DNA of 58,589 nucleotides from Candidatus Eiseniibacteriota bacterium (GTDB lineage: Bacteria; Eisenbacteria; RBG-16-71-46; JABDJR01; JAWXBZ01): NCBI GenBank assembly GCA_034440375.1, contig JAWXBZ010000011.1:1-58589 (forward strand). The letters run 5' to 3'. The notes below the pieces were generated by a model. It did no database searches. It was not told where the DNA came from and saw only the letters and a program-made list of their open reading frames with translations. The stretch's first letter is position 1. Each line of letters starts with the position of its first letter. The position numbers and the translations under genes were made by a program. This document shows, one piece after another, positions 17,973-25,475 of this stretch.

Positions 17973-18918
17973 GGCCGGCCGGCGCCTGGACCAGTGGCTG
18001 ACCGAGCAAACGCCGGACATCAGTCGCTCGCAGGTGCGCCGTTGGATCGAGATGGGGCACGTCACGGTCAACGGCAGCGTGGTCAAGGCCGGCCATCCGC
18101 TCCGCGCCGACGAGGTGGTCACCTGGAATGCGCCCCCGCCCGTGCCCCACGGCATCGCGCCCCCGGCCGAGGACCTGGCCATCACGCTGGTCCATGTCGA
18201 TGACGATCTGGTGGTCGTCGACAAGCCGGCCGGAATGGTTGTTCACCCGGCCGCCGGAGTTTTCCACGGCACCCTCGTCTCCGCTCTCCTTGGGCGCGGC
18301 CTTTCGCTGGCCACGCTGGGCGGCCCGCTCCGGCCGGGGATCATTCACCGTCTCGACAAGGGGACGAGCGGCCTCCTGGTCGTGGCCCGCACCGACCGGG
18401 CGCACGAGGCGCTGGCCCGGGCCATCACGCTGCGCCAGATCGACCGCCGCTACCGGGCGCTGGTCTGGGGCGACATCGCCATCCCGACGGGACGTATCGA
18501 GGCGGCCATCACGAGGAGCCGGGCCGATCGCAAAAAAATGACCATCACCCGTTCCGGTGGGCGATCGGCCGTGACCCACTGGAAGGTCCGTGCCCGCCAT
18601 CGCCTGGTGACCGACCTCGATCTGAAGCTGGAGACGGGACGGACTCACCAGATCCGGGTACACTGGCGACACGAGGGGCACCCGGTCTTCGGCGATCCGG
18701 CCTACGGTGGGCGATCGCGCGGGGCTTCCCTCTCACCGGACGATCGTCGGCTCGTGACATCGTGGCTGTCACTGGTCGATCGACAGGCCTTGCATGCCTG
18801 CCGCCTTGAGTTCGATCATCCGGTGCATGGTGGTCGGATGACCTTTACGGTGCCGCTGCCGCCCGATATGGAAGAGCTTTTCGAACGCGTGGCCGGAGGC
18901 CAGAGCGGCTCCCCGTGA
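17947..18918 (+). CDS. rluD: RluA-family pseudouridine synthase with S4 domain
   Basis: RLDQWL...SRS, VDKPAGMVVHP, HRLDKGTSG, LETGRTHQIRVH and RQALHA motifs. Confidence 0.92.
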   Translation: MRQTVPPAEAGRRLDQWLTEQTPDISRSQVRRWIEMGHVTVNGSVVKAGHPLRADEVVTWNAPPPVPHGIAPPAEDLAITLVHVDDDLVVVDKPAGMVVHPAAGVFHGTLVSALLGRGLSLATLGGPLRPGIIHRLDKGTSGLLVVARTDRAHEALARAITLRQIDRRYRALVWGDIAIPTGRIEAAITRSRADRKKMTITRSGGRSAVTHWKVRARHRLVTDLDLKLETGRTHQIRVHWRHEGHPVFGDPAYGGRSRGASLSPDDRRLVTSWLSLVDRQALHACRLEFDHPVHGGRMTFTVPLPPDMEELFERVAGGQSGSP

Positions 18919-18939
18919 CGAACGGCGTGATTGCCGGGA

Positions 18940-19290
18940 TTGGACAAAGAACGCATGACACGACGCGATGACGGAGACGTGACCATCCTGACGTTGTCGG
19001 GACGCCTGATGGGCGGTCCGGACACCGAACAATTCCTGAAGGCGATGCGGGAGGTGATCGACGCGAAACGGACGCGGGTCATCCTCGACATGGGCGATGT
19101 GGCCTGGGTCAACAGCTCCGGCCTCGGGGCGCTGATCGCCGGCTGGACCCTTCTGCAGGAGAAGGGGGGCTCCCTGAAATTGATCCGGGTGTCGCGGCGC
19201 ATCGAGCAGATTCTGGCCGTGACCAAGCTCGACACGGTGTTCGAACTCCATCCGGACGAGGCCTCGGCCCGCGCCGGCTTCGGAGGCTGA
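18940..19290 (+). CDS. STAS-domain anti-sigma-factor antagonist (RsbV/SpoIIAA-like)
   Basis: V.WVNSSGLGALI phosphoacceptor motif; L.VTKLD.VF. Start uncertain (18931, 18940 or 18955). Confidence 0.88.
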   Translation: MDKERMTRRDDGDVTILTLSGRLMGGPDTEQFLKAMREVIDAKRTRVILDMGDVAWVNSSGLGALIAGWTLLQEKGGSLKLIRVSRRIEQILAVTKLDTVFELHPDEASARAGFGG

Positions 19291-19292
19291 AA

Positions 19293-19769
19293 GTGGTCGA
19301 CACTCCGGATGCGGAGGTGGTTCGGCTGGTCATCCCAAGCCGGCTGGAACTCCTGTCGATCATCGACAAGGTCGTCGATGGCGTGGCGGAGCAGATGGGC
19401 TTCGAGGAGGATGACAAGGACGCGGTGGCCATTTCCGTGATCGAGGCCGGCACCAACGCGATACAGCATGGCCACGGACACGAATCGGAACGAATGGTCG
19501 AGATCATCTTCCGCCTGCTGCCGGACGAACTGGTCATTGAAGTCATGGACAATGGCCGCGGCTTCAACCTGGATGTCCTGGAGGACGCCACCGCACCGGA
19601 GAATCTCCTCAAGGAGCGCGGCCGCGGCATCTTCATCATGCGCTCGATGATGGATGACGTTCATTTCGAGTTCACGGACTCAGGCACCCGCTGCCGGCTG
19701 GTCAAGCGCCGCCGGCCCCTCGAGGTCGATGTGACCGGCAGCCCGGCTCCTCTTGACGACACCATCTGA
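19293..19769 (+). CDS. Anti-sigma factor / Ser kinase (RsbW/SpoIIAB-like HATPase)
   Basis: EAGTNAIQHG, DNGRGF and GRGIFIMRSMMD motifs. Confidence 0.88.
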   Translation: MVDTPDAEVVRLVIPSRLELLSIIDKVVDGVAEQMGFEEDDKDAVAISVIEAGTNAIQHGHGHESERMVEIIFRLLPDELVIEVMDNGRGFNLDVLEDATAPENLLKERGRGIFIMRSMMDDVHFEFTDSGTRCRLVKRRRPLEVDVTGSPAPLDDTI

Positions 19770-20235
19770 CGTCCGAATCCTGGCGATCGATCCGGGAACG
19801 AAGCGCATCGGCCTGGCCATCGGCGGATTCGAGTCGGGGATGGCCACGCGCCTCGCCGTTTTGGACGTGACCCCGGGTGCCGCAGGGGAGGCGATGGCCA
19901 TCGATGCCATTGCCCGCCACGCCCTGGAGGAGGGGGCCACGGGACTGCTGATCGGACTGCCGCTCAACATGGATGGCACGGAGGGAAAGGAGGCGATCCG
20001 GGCCCGCCGCTTTGCGGGGCTGGTCGCAACCCGAACGGGACTTTCGCCGCAGTTCTGCGACGAGCGCCTCACCTCCGAGGAGGCCAAGGCCGTGGCCCGT
20101 CAGAACGGATGGACACAGAGGAGCGGCAAGCCGATCGACGACCTGGCTGCTGCCCTTCTCCTGCAGGGTTTTCTGGACGAATCCCGGGCCAAAAGGACCC
20201 GTGACGCCCTGGGCCTCCCGGAGGACTCCCGGTGA
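19753..20235 (+). CDS. ruvX: Holliday-junction-resolvase-like pre-16S rRNA nuclease YqgF/RuvX
   Basis: LAIDPG.KRIGLA, GLPLNMDG, DERLTS.EA and D..AA...LQ motifs. Confidence 0.92.
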   Translation: MTTPSDVRILAIDPGTKRIGLAIGGFESGMATRLAVLDVTPGAAGEAMAIDAIARHALEEGATGLLIGLPLNMDGTEGKEAIRARRFAGLVATRTGLSPQFCDERLTSEEAKAVARQNGWTQRSGKPIDDLAAALLLQGFLDESRAKRTRDALGLPEDSR

Positions 20236-21245
20236 CGACCGCGCTCAAGAATTTGCTCTGGATCCTGACCCTTTTCCTCTTTCTCGGTTTCGGCGTGGGC
20301 AGCCTGTTTCTGCCGGCCACTCTTTCCCCCCGCGACCCGACGGTCACCCTGACCCTGGCTCCGGGGATGACCACGCGACAGATTGGAAAAGCGCTTCGGC
20401 GGGTCGGCGTTGTCCGGTCATCCGATGCGTTCATGGTCATGGCGCTGGTCCGGGGGCAATCCGGTCGACTCCGGGCCGGCACCTACCAGATCAGCGCTTC
20501 CGAGGGGCTCGACCGCATTGTTGCCCGGTTGGCCGATGGCGATGTCCTTCGCATGGCCGTCACCATCCCGGAGGGGTTCAACTCCCGGGAGATTGCCGAG
20601 CGCGTGGCGCCGATCCTCGGGTGCGGAGTCGATGAGTTCCTGGCGGTCATCCGGGATACGGTTCTGGCCCGATCGATGGGAGCCGGGCCTGCGGGACTGG
20701 AAGGCTACCTGTTTCCGGATACCTACAACCTGATCCCCGGCACCGGGGCGTCCGGCTTTGTTCAGCGCCTCGTCGAACGAACCATCACGATCTTCGAGGA
20801 ACGCTATGCGGCCCGGGCGGAGAGCCTTGGCCTGGCGCGTCATGACGCGCTGACGCTGGCCAGCCTGATCGAGGCCGAAGCCGCGGTCGATGAGGAGCGC
20901 CCGCGCATCGCGGCCGTCTTCTGGAATCGCCTCCGGGAGGGAATGAAGCTGCAGTCGGATCCGACCGTGGCCTATGTCCTTGGGCGCCGGCCCGATCGGA
21001 TCTACTACAAGGACCTGACGGTCGAATCACCCTATAATACGTACCTGGTTGCCGGCCTTCCGCCGGGTCCGATCTGCTCGCCGGGTGAGGCCTCGATTCG
21101 GGCCGCGCTGTATCCGGTGCCCAATTCCCGCGAGCTCTACTTCGTGGCGACAGGCGACGGACGCCATCGCTTCAGTGTGACCAACGAGCAGCACAACGCC
21201 GCACGGCGTCAGGTCGACTCCAACCGGCTCCCGACGAACAGATAA
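20232..21245 (+). CDS. mltG: Endolytic transglycosylase MltG
   Basis: N-terminal TM; TIPEG, LEGYLFPDTY, ASLIE.EA, LQSDPTV, SPYNTY...GLPPGPI and YFVA motifs. Confidence 0.95.
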   Translation: MTTALKNLLWILTLFLFLGFGVGSLFLPATLSPRDPTVTLTLAPGMTTRQIGKALRRVGVVRSSDAFMVMALVRGQSGRLRAGTYQISASEGLDRIVARLADGDVLRMAVTIPEGFNSREIAERVAPILGCGVDEFLAVIRDTVLARSMGAGPAGLEGYLFPDTYNLIPGTGASGFVQRLVERTITIFEERYAARAESLGLARHDALTLASLIEAEAAVDEERPRIAAVFWNRLREGMKLQSDPTVAYVLGRRPDRIYYKDLTVESPYNTYLVAGLPPGPICSPGEASIRAALYPVPNSRELYFVATGDGRHRFSVTNEQHNAARRQVDSNRLPTNR

Positions 21246-21264
21246 TCAGGAGGAAGATATCGCC

Positions 21265-21519
21265 ATGTCGACGTCCAGGACCGCCCGGAAGGGCACAACA
21301 ATGCGAGGCCGGGTGGCCCACCCGCGGGATGAGGTCCGGCTGACCCGCAAAAACTGGATTCTCTTCGGGGTGGCTCTCGGGGTCATTGCCCTCGGATTCA
21401 TCCTCCTCCGCTCGGGATCGATCACGCTGGCCCCGATTCTCCTGGTGGCCGGCTACTGTTTTTTGATCCCCTGGGCGATCATGGCCCGGGATGGGGCCCT
21501 TGCCCCTCCGAAGGTGTGA
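21265..21519 (+). CDS. Small membrane protein, DUF3098-like
   Basis: AGGAGG RBS; KNW.L...G.I..GF...ITLAPILL...Y...P.AI with two TM segments. Confidence 0.65.
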   Translation: MSTSRTARKGTTMRGRVAHPRDEVRLTRKNWILFGVALGVIALGFILLRSGSITLAPILLVAGYCFLIPWAIMARDGALAPPKV

Positions 21520-21578
21520 AGCCAGGCCGGCACTCGATAACTGGCGGCCAATGAATATTTTACAAATTTTTACAACTC

Positions 21579-21654
21579 GGGCGAATAGCTCAGCTGGCAG
21601 AGCACGTGCTTTACACGCACGGGGTCACAGGTTCGATCCCTGTTTCGCCCACCA
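21579..21654 (+). tRNA. trnV: tRNA-Val(UAC)
   Basis: GGGCGAA/TTCGCCC acceptor stem, TAGCTCAG D-arm, CGTGC-TTTACAC-GCACG anticodon arm, GGTTCGATCC T-arm, encoded CCA; 76 nt. Confidence 0.97.
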
Positions 21655-21662
21655 TTTTTAGA

Positions 21663-21692
21663 TTGACGCCTCCCGTGGGGCCGGGCTACTCT
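21663..21692 (+). promoter_or_regulatory. Candidate sigma70 promoter for the secreted-protein cluster
   Basis: TTGACG-N18-TACTCT immediately after the tRNA. Confidence 0.4.
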
Positions 21693-22001
21693 TTATGGGT
21701 CCCGGATTTACCCCGTCGGACTCGTGACCAGAGAGGCCCCCTTGATCGCAATCGGTTGTCACGCGGGAATCCCCAAATTCCCTTCCTTAGCGGTGTTACC
21801 GCCGCTCCTGAATACCGGCTATCCATCCAAAAAGGTTGGCGCATTCGCGCCATGTTCCCTAAACTTTTCGTGTGTGTGTGTGGCCTTCCTCAGCACCTTT
21901 GCCAGGTGCACGAAAGGGGGTACCGTTACCGTACTCAGGGAAGAACTGCCCTGCTATCTCTCGGACAACCTAGCTCTCGGTAGTAACTTAGGAGGTTTAA
22001 C

Positions 22002-22691
22002 ATGATTCGAAACCTGCGCTCGGTCATGGCGTTGACGGCCTGCGGTGTCCTCGCAGCCGTCGTTGCGTCCGCCAACGTGCCGGTTCCGGAGCTGAGCACC
22101 GTACCCCGGTGTTTCCAGCTTCACCCGTCCGTCGCTCTTGCCAATGCTGTTCCGGCGAATGCAGCCAAGTACAACGTCACGATTCTCGGTATCGGCGGCC
22201 CCATCAGTGCCGCCTCTGTCGAGCTTCGCATGATCACCCCGGGCGATACACTGGTTTGCTGGTGCAACACACCGGCCGGCCCGCGTCCGTATGTGTTCCA
22301 GATGTCGACGAACCCGTCGGGCGTTGCCCGCTTCGTGATCGGCGGCGGTGGTTGCATTCAGTATGGCCTCGCGGCCATCCCGGGCAGCCAGGATTTCGCT
22401 GGTGAAGTGTTTGCCGATGGTATCCGCATGCAGGAGTTCGGCACGGTGTCTTCGGACGCTGTCGACAGCTCCGGTAGGCGCCCCACCGACACCATGCCCG
22501 GTTGGGAGCCAGGACTTATCTGTGCTGCCGGTCTGGCCGACGCCGTGGAACATACCAATCCGCTGGCGACGAACACCTACGACTACTGCACCGACTTCAA
22601 CTGCGATAACCAGTCAGGAGCGTCGGACGCCGTTATCGTCACGCCGTTCCTCGCCGGTGCCGCCAGCTGTGCCGGTAACGCCGGGCCCTAG
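22002..22691 (+). CDS. Secreted Cys-rich protein with a C-terminal dockerin/EF-hand-like region
   Basis: TAGGAGG RBS; signal peptide ending ASA; C-terminal ...GLADAV...YDYCTDFNCDNQSGASDAVIV. Confidence 0.7.
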   Translation: MIRNLRSVMALTACGVLAAVVASANVPVPELSTVPRCFQLHPSVALANAVPANAAKYNVTILGIGGPISAASVELRMITPGDTLVCWCNTPAGPRPYVFQMSTNPSGVARFVIGGGGCIQYGLAAIPGSQDFAGEVFADGIRMQEFGTVSSDAVDSSGRRPTDTMPGWEPGLICAAGLADAVEHTNPLATNTYDYCTDFNCDNQSGASDAVIVTPFLAGAASCAGNAGP

Positions 22692-22704
22692 TACCAGTTT
22701 CAAG

Positions 22705-22767
22705 CGTCCGGCCCTCGCGGGCCGGACGTCGGTTTTACGGGTCCCGCTCCGCAAGGAGCGGGGCCCG
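22705..22767 (+). terminator. Two consecutive strong hairpins (terminator or mRNA-stabilising element)
   Basis: CGTCCGGCCC-TCGC-GGGCCGGACG (22705-22728) followed by TCGGTTTT, then a 13-bp stem with a GCAA loop (22738-22767). Confidence 0.55.
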
Positions 22768-22829
22768 GTAAGTAGGGCCGCACCATCGAGACCGCAAAGC
22801 TTTACAATCGCCAAAGGAGGCAATTTCTA

Positions 22830-23555
22830 ATGAAGCGTGTGCTTGCGACAATGCTCCTGGCCGGCATCGCCACGGTGGGTATTTCCACCGGCGCCAATGC
22901 CGCCGGGAACGCCAATGCGAAGATCATGCTCCACGCCCTTACCACGACGACCAAGAACGTGTGTCTCCGGACAATCGCGCCCAACGTGAACCTTCCGGCA
23001 ACCTGCTCGGACTACAACCTTGGTATCAACAACAAGGCCCTCTACCCGACGAGTTACTTCACGTACCTGCTGGTGGTTAACGGCAGCCTGATCGAAGGGA
23101 TCGCCGGCGTACAGTGCGGTGTCGATTTCAATGGTGCACCCGGCGCGGGCGTTGATGTGTTCACCTGGTCGCTCTGTGCCACGCTCGAGTTCTCTTCGAC
23201 CGGCTGGCCGCAGGATGGCGGCGGCAACCTGATCACCTGGAATGCCACCGGCCCGCAGTGTCTGACCCCTCCGGGGAATGCCACAATCGGTGCCATCGGT
23301 GTGGCCGGCTACTTCTACATGGCTGCCTACACGCCCGACCTGATGCGCGTAATCCCCCGTCCGGTTGACGGGGTGGCCAAGGTGGCGAACTGCGGATCGG
23401 TCGAAGACATTGTGTATGTCGATCCCAACGATGCCCTCACCTTCCTCGGCGCGGTCGGTTTCGGCCAGCCTGGCATCAATCCCTGCGGTCGTGAGCGTCC
23501 GGTCGGTATTGAAAATGCCACCTGGTCGGGTGTGAAGACGCTGATCGGTAGCTGA
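22830..23555 (+). CDS. Secreted Cys-rich protein, TW-tail family paralogue 1
   Basis: AAGGAGG RBS; signal peptide; KIMLH, GIAGVQCG, GGGNLITW, GYFY and NPC motifs; tail IENATWSGVKTLIGS. Confidence 0.85.
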   Translation: MKRVLATMLLAGIATVGISTGANAAGNANAKIMLHALTTTTKNVCLRTIAPNVNLPATCSDYNLGINNKALYPTSYFTYLLVVNGSLIEGIAGVQCGVDFNGAPGAGVDVFTWSLCATLEFSSTGWPQDGGGNLITWNATGPQCLTPPGNATIGAIGVAGYFYMAAYTPDLMRVIPRPVDGVAKVANCGSVEDIVYVDPNDALTFLGAVGFGQPGINPCGRERPVGIENATWSGVKTLIGS

Positions 23556-23575
23556 ATTAGTCCGTTTTGAATACC

Positions 23576-23612
23576 AAATGGGGGGTGGCGTTTCTGCGCC
23601 GCCCCCCATTTT
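23576..23612 (+). terminator. Intrinsic terminator
   Basis: AAATGGGGGGTGGCG-TTTCTG-CGCCGCCCCCCATTTT. Confidence 0.7.
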
Positions 23613-23697
23613 CTGAATGTCCTGCCCGGGCCGCACGGCGGCTCGTTTCAAAAGATGGTCGCTGGTCCCCCTGCCCTGCCCCAAGGAGGCTCTTTTC

Positions 23698-24417
23698 ATG
23701 CATCGTGCGCTTCGGACAGCCGTTCTAGCCGGTATCGCCACCGTGGCCCTGGCCACGGGGGCTCACGCCGCCGGAAATGTGAACGCCAAGATCATGCTCC
23801 ATGCCCTGCCCACGACGACCAAGGCCGTCTGTACCCGTAACGGGGCGCTCGTTCAGAGCACCTGCTCCGGCTACGACGTTGGCATCAACAACAAGTCCCT
23901 GGCCCCGACGTACTACTTCGCCTACCTGCTGGTTATCAATGGCAGCATGACCGAAGGGATCGCCGGCGTTCAGTGCGGCATCGACTTCAATCCAATGGTC
24001 GGAGCCGGCGTGGACGTGTTCACCTGGTCGCTCTGCGCCACCCTCGAGTTCGCCTCGACCGGCTGGCCGCAGGATGGCGGCGGCAACTTGATCACCTGGA
24101 ATGCCACCGGCCCGCAGTGCACGGCCCCTCCGGGAAATGCCACCGTTGGCGCGATCGGTATCGCCGGCTACTTCTACTGCGGTGCCTATTCGCCCGACAT
24201 GATGCGCGTGACCCCCCGACCGGTTGACGGTCTGGCCAAGGTTGCGGGCTGCGGTTCGGTTGAGGACATCACCTACACGTCGCCGAACGACGGCGCGACG
24301 TTCCTGGGTGCCATCGGATTTGGACAGCCGGGCATCAATCCCTGCGGTCGCGATCTGCCGCCACTGGGTCTCGAGAATTCAACCTGGTCGGGCGTGAAGA
24401 CGCTGATCGGGAGCTGA
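23698..24417 (+). CDS. Secreted Cys-rich protein, TW-tail family paralogue 2
   Basis: AAGGAGG RBS and ATG 23698; highly similar to 22830-23555; tail LENSTWSGVKTLIGS. Confidence 0.85.
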   Translation: MHRALRTAVLAGIATVALATGAHAAGNVNAKIMLHALPTTTKAVCTRNGALVQSTCSGYDVGINNKSLAPTYYFAYLLVINGSMTEGIAGVQCGIDFNPMVGAGVDVFTWSLCATLEFASTGWPQDGGGNLITWNATGPQCTAPPGNATVGAIGIAGYFYCGAYSPDMMRVTPRPVDGLAKVAGCGSVEDITYTSPNDGATFLGAIGFGQPGINPCGRDLPPLGLENSTWSGVKTLIGS

Positions 24418-24458
24418 TTCAAGGGCCATACCGGCTTTTACGAACAAGACAGAACTGA

Positions 24459-24491
24459 GAAGGGGTGGCGCTTCGGCGCCACCTTTTTTTT
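24459..24491 (+). terminator. Intrinsic terminator
   Basis: GGTGGCGC-TTCG-GCGCCACC followed by T8. Confidence 0.85.
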
Positions 24492-24653
24492 GGTTCACCC
24501 CCGCCCTGCCGGGTCCGAAACCTATCCGGGAACCCGGCCGTGGCCGCAGGGGTGGGGGCCATGACCCCTGTACCTTTTGTTATTCGGCATTCCACGGATG
24601 CCGGATGCCCTCTATACTTGAACGTCGCCCACCTGCACGGAGGAACGGCCCGA

Positions 24654-25412
24654 ATGACCCTGACCACCCCCCGGATGCGTTCGACGGCCCTTTTGGCGGG
24701 CGCCCTGGCCCTCGCGGCCGGTGCTTTCGCCCCCGTTCCGGCCCGCGCGCAATTTGGAAAGCCGAACGAGGACGCCAAGATCATCCTCCACGTGGCCCCC
24801 ACCGCCGGCGGCCGCCCCTGCACCAGCACCAAGGCCCGGGCGCGCTGCGATGAAATGAAGGTCAATGCCGCCATCGGCGCCAACTACTATGCGTTCGTCT
24901 GCGTGGTGGACGGCCAGGCGAATGCGGGGATCGCGGGGGTTCAGTTCGGCGTCAAGTTCCGGAAGGCAAGGAACCAGGGTGTGGATATCAGCGAATGGAA
25001 AAACTGTGGCGACCTCCAATTTCCCTCCCCGCCGGGAAAGACCGATTGGTACAACGCCAGTAACGGCGGCAACCTGGTCACCTGGGATCCGGTGAACAAC
25101 TGTCAGAGGACGGAGCCATCGGGCGCCGGCACCGGCGTCACCGCGGTCGTCGGTTACTTCTACGTAGGTTCGTACAACCCGCCGGATCGGTTGGAAATTA
25201 CGGTACGTCCCAATGACGGCCTCGCCAAGGTGGCCGCTTGCAATTCCGTAGAGGCCATTGTCGCCGGCCCCGGCGCCCCCTTCCGCAGCAAATCCTACCT
25301 CGGCTTCGTGGAATTCAGTGATGGTGCCACGGTGGCCGGCAGCAATCCGTGTGGACTCGCGCGGCCGGTCGTCGAATCGACCTGGACGGGTGTGAAGAAC
25401 TCCGGGCGTTAG
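24654..25412 (+). CDS. Secreted Cys-rich protein, TW-tail family paralogue 3
   Basis: GGAGG RBS and ATG 24654; signal peptide ending ARA; KIILH, GIAGVQFG, GGNLVTW, GYFY and NPC motifs; tail VESTWTGVKNSGR. Confidence 0.8.
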   Translation: MTLTTPRMRSTALLAGALALAAGAFAPVPARAQFGKPNEDAKIILHVAPTAGGRPCTSTKARARCDEMKVNAAIGANYYAFVCVVDGQANAGIAGVQFGVKFRKARNQGVDISEWKNCGDLQFPSPPGKTDWYNASNGGNLVTWDPVNNCQRTEPSGAGTGVTAVVGYFYVGSYNPPDRLEITVRPNDGLAKVAACNSVEAIVAGPGAPFRSKSYLGFVEFSDGATVAGSNPCGLARPVVESTWTGVKNSGR

Positions 25413-25475
25413 AGGGCGGATATGGCAGCCGGGCCTGTTCGCGCCCGAGGGGCCAACCGATTACAATCCGCGGCC

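Noticed and set aside
21579-21654. tRNA-Val as the integration site of a genomic island
   Set aside because: No integrase and no duplicated tRNA 3' end were seen in the window.
21606-22005. ORFs 21606-21983 and 21724-22005
   Set aside because: They overlap the tRNA or the leader, lack an RBS and have no protein-like features.
22830-24417. Diversity-generating retroelement TR/VR pair
   Set aside because: Both copies are intact genes, the differences are not adenine-specific, and no reverse transcriptase is present.
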